In this document: piece by piece, positions 45,659 through 48,135 of the stretch
Numbering within the stretch: the stretch's first letter is position 1
Layout: every line of letters starts with the position of its first letter
DNA from: Candidatus Woesearchaeota archaeon
GTDB taxonomy: Archaea; Nanobdellota; Nanobdellia; Woesearchaeales; GW2011-AR4
DNA: 48,135 bases
Assembly: GCA_016181305.1 (NCBI GenBank)
Contig: JACOZN010000004.1
Span: 1-48,135 of the forward strand
Reading direction: 5' to 3'
Program-made: the position numbers and the translations under genes
The notes under the pieces: model-generated
The model's input: the letters and a program-made list of their open reading frames with translations, nothing else
Database searches by the model: none
Told to the model about the DNA's origin: nothing

Positions 45659-46876
45659 TTAAAGCTCCATCTCCAAAACCCTTCCAACTTCCTCCTTGAC
45701 TCTTTTCTCAAAGTCGTGGACATTCTCGCCTTCCTGTTTTTCTGAGGATAAAATTTTCATCAAATTCTTTATAAGCTCCTCTTCCTTTTCCAGGCTTAAA
45801 TTCTCAAGCTTAATCTGCCCAAGATGCTCCTTTATCAAAAACGATTCTATGTCCTCAACATTCCTTGCATCAGTCTTTATCTCCTCAAACTCTTTGGAAG
45901 AGACTGCATGCGAGCTTTTCATGACAAAATACGCTGATTTGCCATAAAGAAAATTAAAAATATCCCTGAAATCAATGTCGCTTGGCTTTCCGCTTTCCAG
46001 AACTCCGGCTAATCTTATTAAAACAACCGTGTTATTCAGTTCTTTATTTTTGAAATGATTTAAAATCGCATTTTTGATTTCATCAGGATTTTTATGATTG
46101 CAGTCCACCTGCAGTTTCTCAATGTTGTAAATCTGTATCGGCTCCCATCTTGCTTTGCCATCATCAACAATGTAAAACCCGCCCCTTTCAAGCTTTTCAA
46201 GCTCTGCAAAGCTGTTCGGGAACAAAGGCCCGGGATAAGCAATCCTGCCATATCCTTCGATCTGCCTGTCATCAACAATATGGACATGCCCGCCTGCGTA
46301 ATAATTAAATCCTTTTGGCAGCAATGACAACGGCTGCGATATTATGTTTTCCATCTCCTTCGGCTTCAGCTCATCAATTCCTGAGTGAAATATGAATATT
46401 TTATAGCCACCCTCATTTTCAAGATTATCTAAAATCAATTTTTCGTAATAAGACTTTTCAAGAGCCCCTCTTTTGCCTAGCATCCCGGTTATTTTAGCGC
46501 CTGTTTTTTTGTCGACAGTAAAATTCAGCTTTAATTTGCCATTTTCAGCGCTTCCCTTGAAAACATTTACAAACAATCCAGCCTCCTCAAGTACATCAAG
46601 AATTGTTTTTCCGGATGCGCTGTAGTCATGGCTTCCCGGCACAATGTAAACAGGAATGTTCAAGTCTTTCAGCTGCTTGAATTTTGTGACAACTGTCTTC
46701 AGGTTGTCCAGTCTGGGGAAAGATGTGTTGAACAAATCGCCTGCAATAAGAATAAAGTCCACTTTTTCCCTGATACACTTGTCAACTGCCTTGCAGAAAG
46801 CCAAAGTGCTTGTGTCTTTAAGCTTTGGGTCTCTCCATGAGCCTATATGGCAGTCAGCTAAATGCGCGAATTTCAT
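45659..46876 (-). CDS. mre11: Mre11/SbcD-like DNA repair exonuclease
   Basis: MKFAHLADCHIG, AGDLF, PGSHD, FHSG and GGHVH. Start placed at 46876. Confidence 0.85.
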   Translation of the reverse strand: MKFAHLADCHIGSWRDPKLKDTSTLAFCKAVDKCIREKVDFILIAGDLFNTSFPRLDNLKTVVTKFKQLKDLNIPVYIVPGSHDYSASGKTILDVLEEAGLFVNVFKGSAENGKLKLNFTVDKKTGAKITGMLGKRGALEKSYYEKLILDNLENEGGYKIFIFHSGIDELKPKEMENIISQPLSLLPKGFNYYAGGHVHIVDDRQIEGYGRIAYPGPLFPNSFAELEKLERGGFYIVDDGKARWEPIQIYNIEKLQVDCNHKNPDEIKNAILNHFKNKELNNTVVLIRLAGVLESGKPSDIDFRDIFNFLYGKSAYFVMKSSHAVSSKEFEEIKTDARNVEDIESFLIKEHLGQIKLENLSLEKEEELIKNLMKILSSEKQEGENVHDFEKRVKEEVGRVLEMEL

Positions 46877-46997
46877 AATATGGGGTAAGATATAGTGATT
46901 TTTAAAGGTATTTATAAACTGCAGTACCACTGGACAAAAAAGCACTGGACATTCTTGTGTAAGATTTATAAACTCCAAGTTATGCACAATAATCAAT

Positions 46998-47783
46998 ATG
47001 GAATTCAAATATGATAGTATAAAGCATGGGGATGTACTAGTGGAATTAGCTAAAATTCCATCTAATTCAGTTCATTTAGCAATAACTTCGCCACCCTACA
47101 ATGTAGGAAAGGACTATGATAAACATAATGATAAGATGGAGTATAAGCAATATCTTAAATGGCTTAATAATGTGTGGAAAGAAACAAAAAGAGTTTTAGT
47201 TCCTGGAGGCAGATTTTGCTTGAATATTGCTCCAACAGGCATAAAGGATTTTACTCCGATACACCACGACTTTATAGCCCAGCTAAGAAAAATAGGTATG
47301 ATATTCAGGGCTGAAATAGTTTGGTATAAGCAAACAATGCTTAAAAGAACTGCTTGGGGAAGCTGGAAAAGCCCTGCAAATCCGCATATTGTACCTTCAT
47401 GGGAATATATTTTAGTTTTTTCAAAATTTCAGCCAAAATTGGAAGGCGACTCAAAAAATTCTGACATCACTGCCGAAGAATTTATGAAATTCTCAGATGG
47501 ATTTTGGCAGATTCCTCCAGAAACTCAGAGAAACGGGCATCCCGCGCCATTCCCAGAAGAATTGATATACAGACTGGTAAAATTCTATTCCTACAAAAGC
47601 AACACTATTTTAGATATGTTTGGAGGAACTGGAACAGTAGCTGTAGTTGCAGCTAAAACTGATAGAAATTTTATACATATAGATATTTCAAAAGAATATT
47701 GTAAAGTGGCGGAAAAAAGATTAAATTCAGCAAAAGAAAAAATGTCACAAGCCAAATTGAACATCATTATTGATGAGGGTTAA
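46998..47783 (+). CDS. Beta-class amino (N4-C/N6-A) DNA methyltransferase
   Basis: TSPPYN near the N-terminus, HPAPFP, and LDMFGGTGT near the C-terminus. Confidence 0.92.
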   Translation: MEFKYDSIKHGDVLVELAKIPSNSVHLAITSPPYNVGKDYDKHNDKMEYKQYLKWLNNVWKETKRVLVPGGRFCLNIAPTGIKDFTPIHHDFIAQLRKIGMIFRAEIVWYKQTMLKRTAWGSWKSPANPHIVPSWEYILVFSKFQPKLEGDSKNSDITAEEFMKFSDGFWQIPPETQRNGHPAPFPEELIYRLVKFYSYKSNTILDMFGGTGTVAVVAAKTDRNFIHIDISKEYCKVAEKRLNSAKEKMSQAKLNIIIDEG

Positions 47784-47799
47784 ATATTTAATAATGTAA

Positions 47800-48135
47800 G
47801 TGATAGCCTTGAAACAATCAAAAGATAACAAAGCAAGCGAGGTTGTTCAATCTGAAATGCTTATGGAATTCTTTAAGAAAAATCCAAACAGAGATGTGCC
47901 TCATCCTGAAGTTGTAGATTGGGTTACTGCCGAATATTTAAAAAGAACTGGTAAAGTATTTAGGGATCCTGATAGAGGCATTCGCAAATTGCACCAAACT
48001 GGTTACCTACAAAAGATTAAGAAAGGAGTTTATAGGTACAGTCCAGATTATGTAAAGACTAGAGAATTAGATGATTTCAGTCCTTCTGTAAGAGAAGCTA
48101 TATTTAAGAAAGATAATTACAAATGTGTTCTTTGT
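47800..48135 (+). CDS. Putative HNH restriction endonuclease, truncated by the window end and absent from the ORF track
   Basis: Open frame ...MLMEFFKKNPNRDVPHPEVVDW...KKGVYRY...REAIFKKDNYKCVLC. It ends in an HNH-type RDxYxCxxC-like start, directly after the MTase. Confidence 0.7.
   Translation, partial: MIALKQSKDNKASEVVQSEMLMEFFKKNPNRDVPHPEVVDWVTAEYLKRTGKVFRDPDRGIRKLHQTGYLQKIKKGVYRYSPDYVKTRELDDFSPSVREAIFKKDNYKCVLC

Noticed and set aside
283-46895. Many 60-220 aa antisense or nested ORFs in the ORF track (e.g. 6105-6599, 16581-17042, 37685-38266, 38276-38944)
   Set aside because: They lie opposite or within well-supported genes and have no motifs, so they are shadow ORFs.
1-48135. Transposase, integrase, cas genes, rRNA or prophage genes
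   Set aside because: No DDE, tyrosine- or serine-recombinase, Cas, capsid or rRNA signatures recognised in this window.

Overview
Archaeal chromosomal window, most likely from a DPANN lineage such as Woesearchaeota. That is an inference from the archaeal-type PEP carboxylase, TrmB and wHTH regulators, TATA-type promoters and tightly overlapping genes. Housekeeping content: two HhH DNA glycosylases, PepA, TrxB, a BtuF-like binding protein, ppcA, proCAB, a bacterial-type non-discriminating AspRS fused to a YbaK/ProX-like domain, a HAM1-type NTP pyrophosphatase, gatCAB and an Mre11-like nuclease. Accessory content: a DtxR-controlled metal operon with a canonical DtxR box, an AT-rich TrmB/HD/split-dikinase island, a putative HTH-nucleotidyltransferase toxin-antitoxin pair and an R-M system at the right edge. 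The strongest candidate for an undescribed system is 16.1-26.7 kb. One arm is a tandem array of RHH regulators and Mpv17/PMP22-like membrane proteins. The divergent arm is an operon of an ATPase, a membrane protein and three large unknown proteins, two of which share an unnamed C-terminal domain. The shared promoter carries two distinct palindromic operator families. A second cluster at 31.4-34.4 kb has a related membrane repeat and a membrane-anchored HPD (J-like) protein. Also present: an atypical tRNA (Ser-like body, GAG anticodon, 84-nt hairpin insert in the T-arm, degenerate half-copy upstream) and a four-arm inverted-repeat array at 40.75 kb. Several conserved genes, including gatC, show short internal deletions or frameshifts that may be assembly artefacts. 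No CRISPR array or transposase was seen. All family calls come from motif recognition by eye; no database searches were run.
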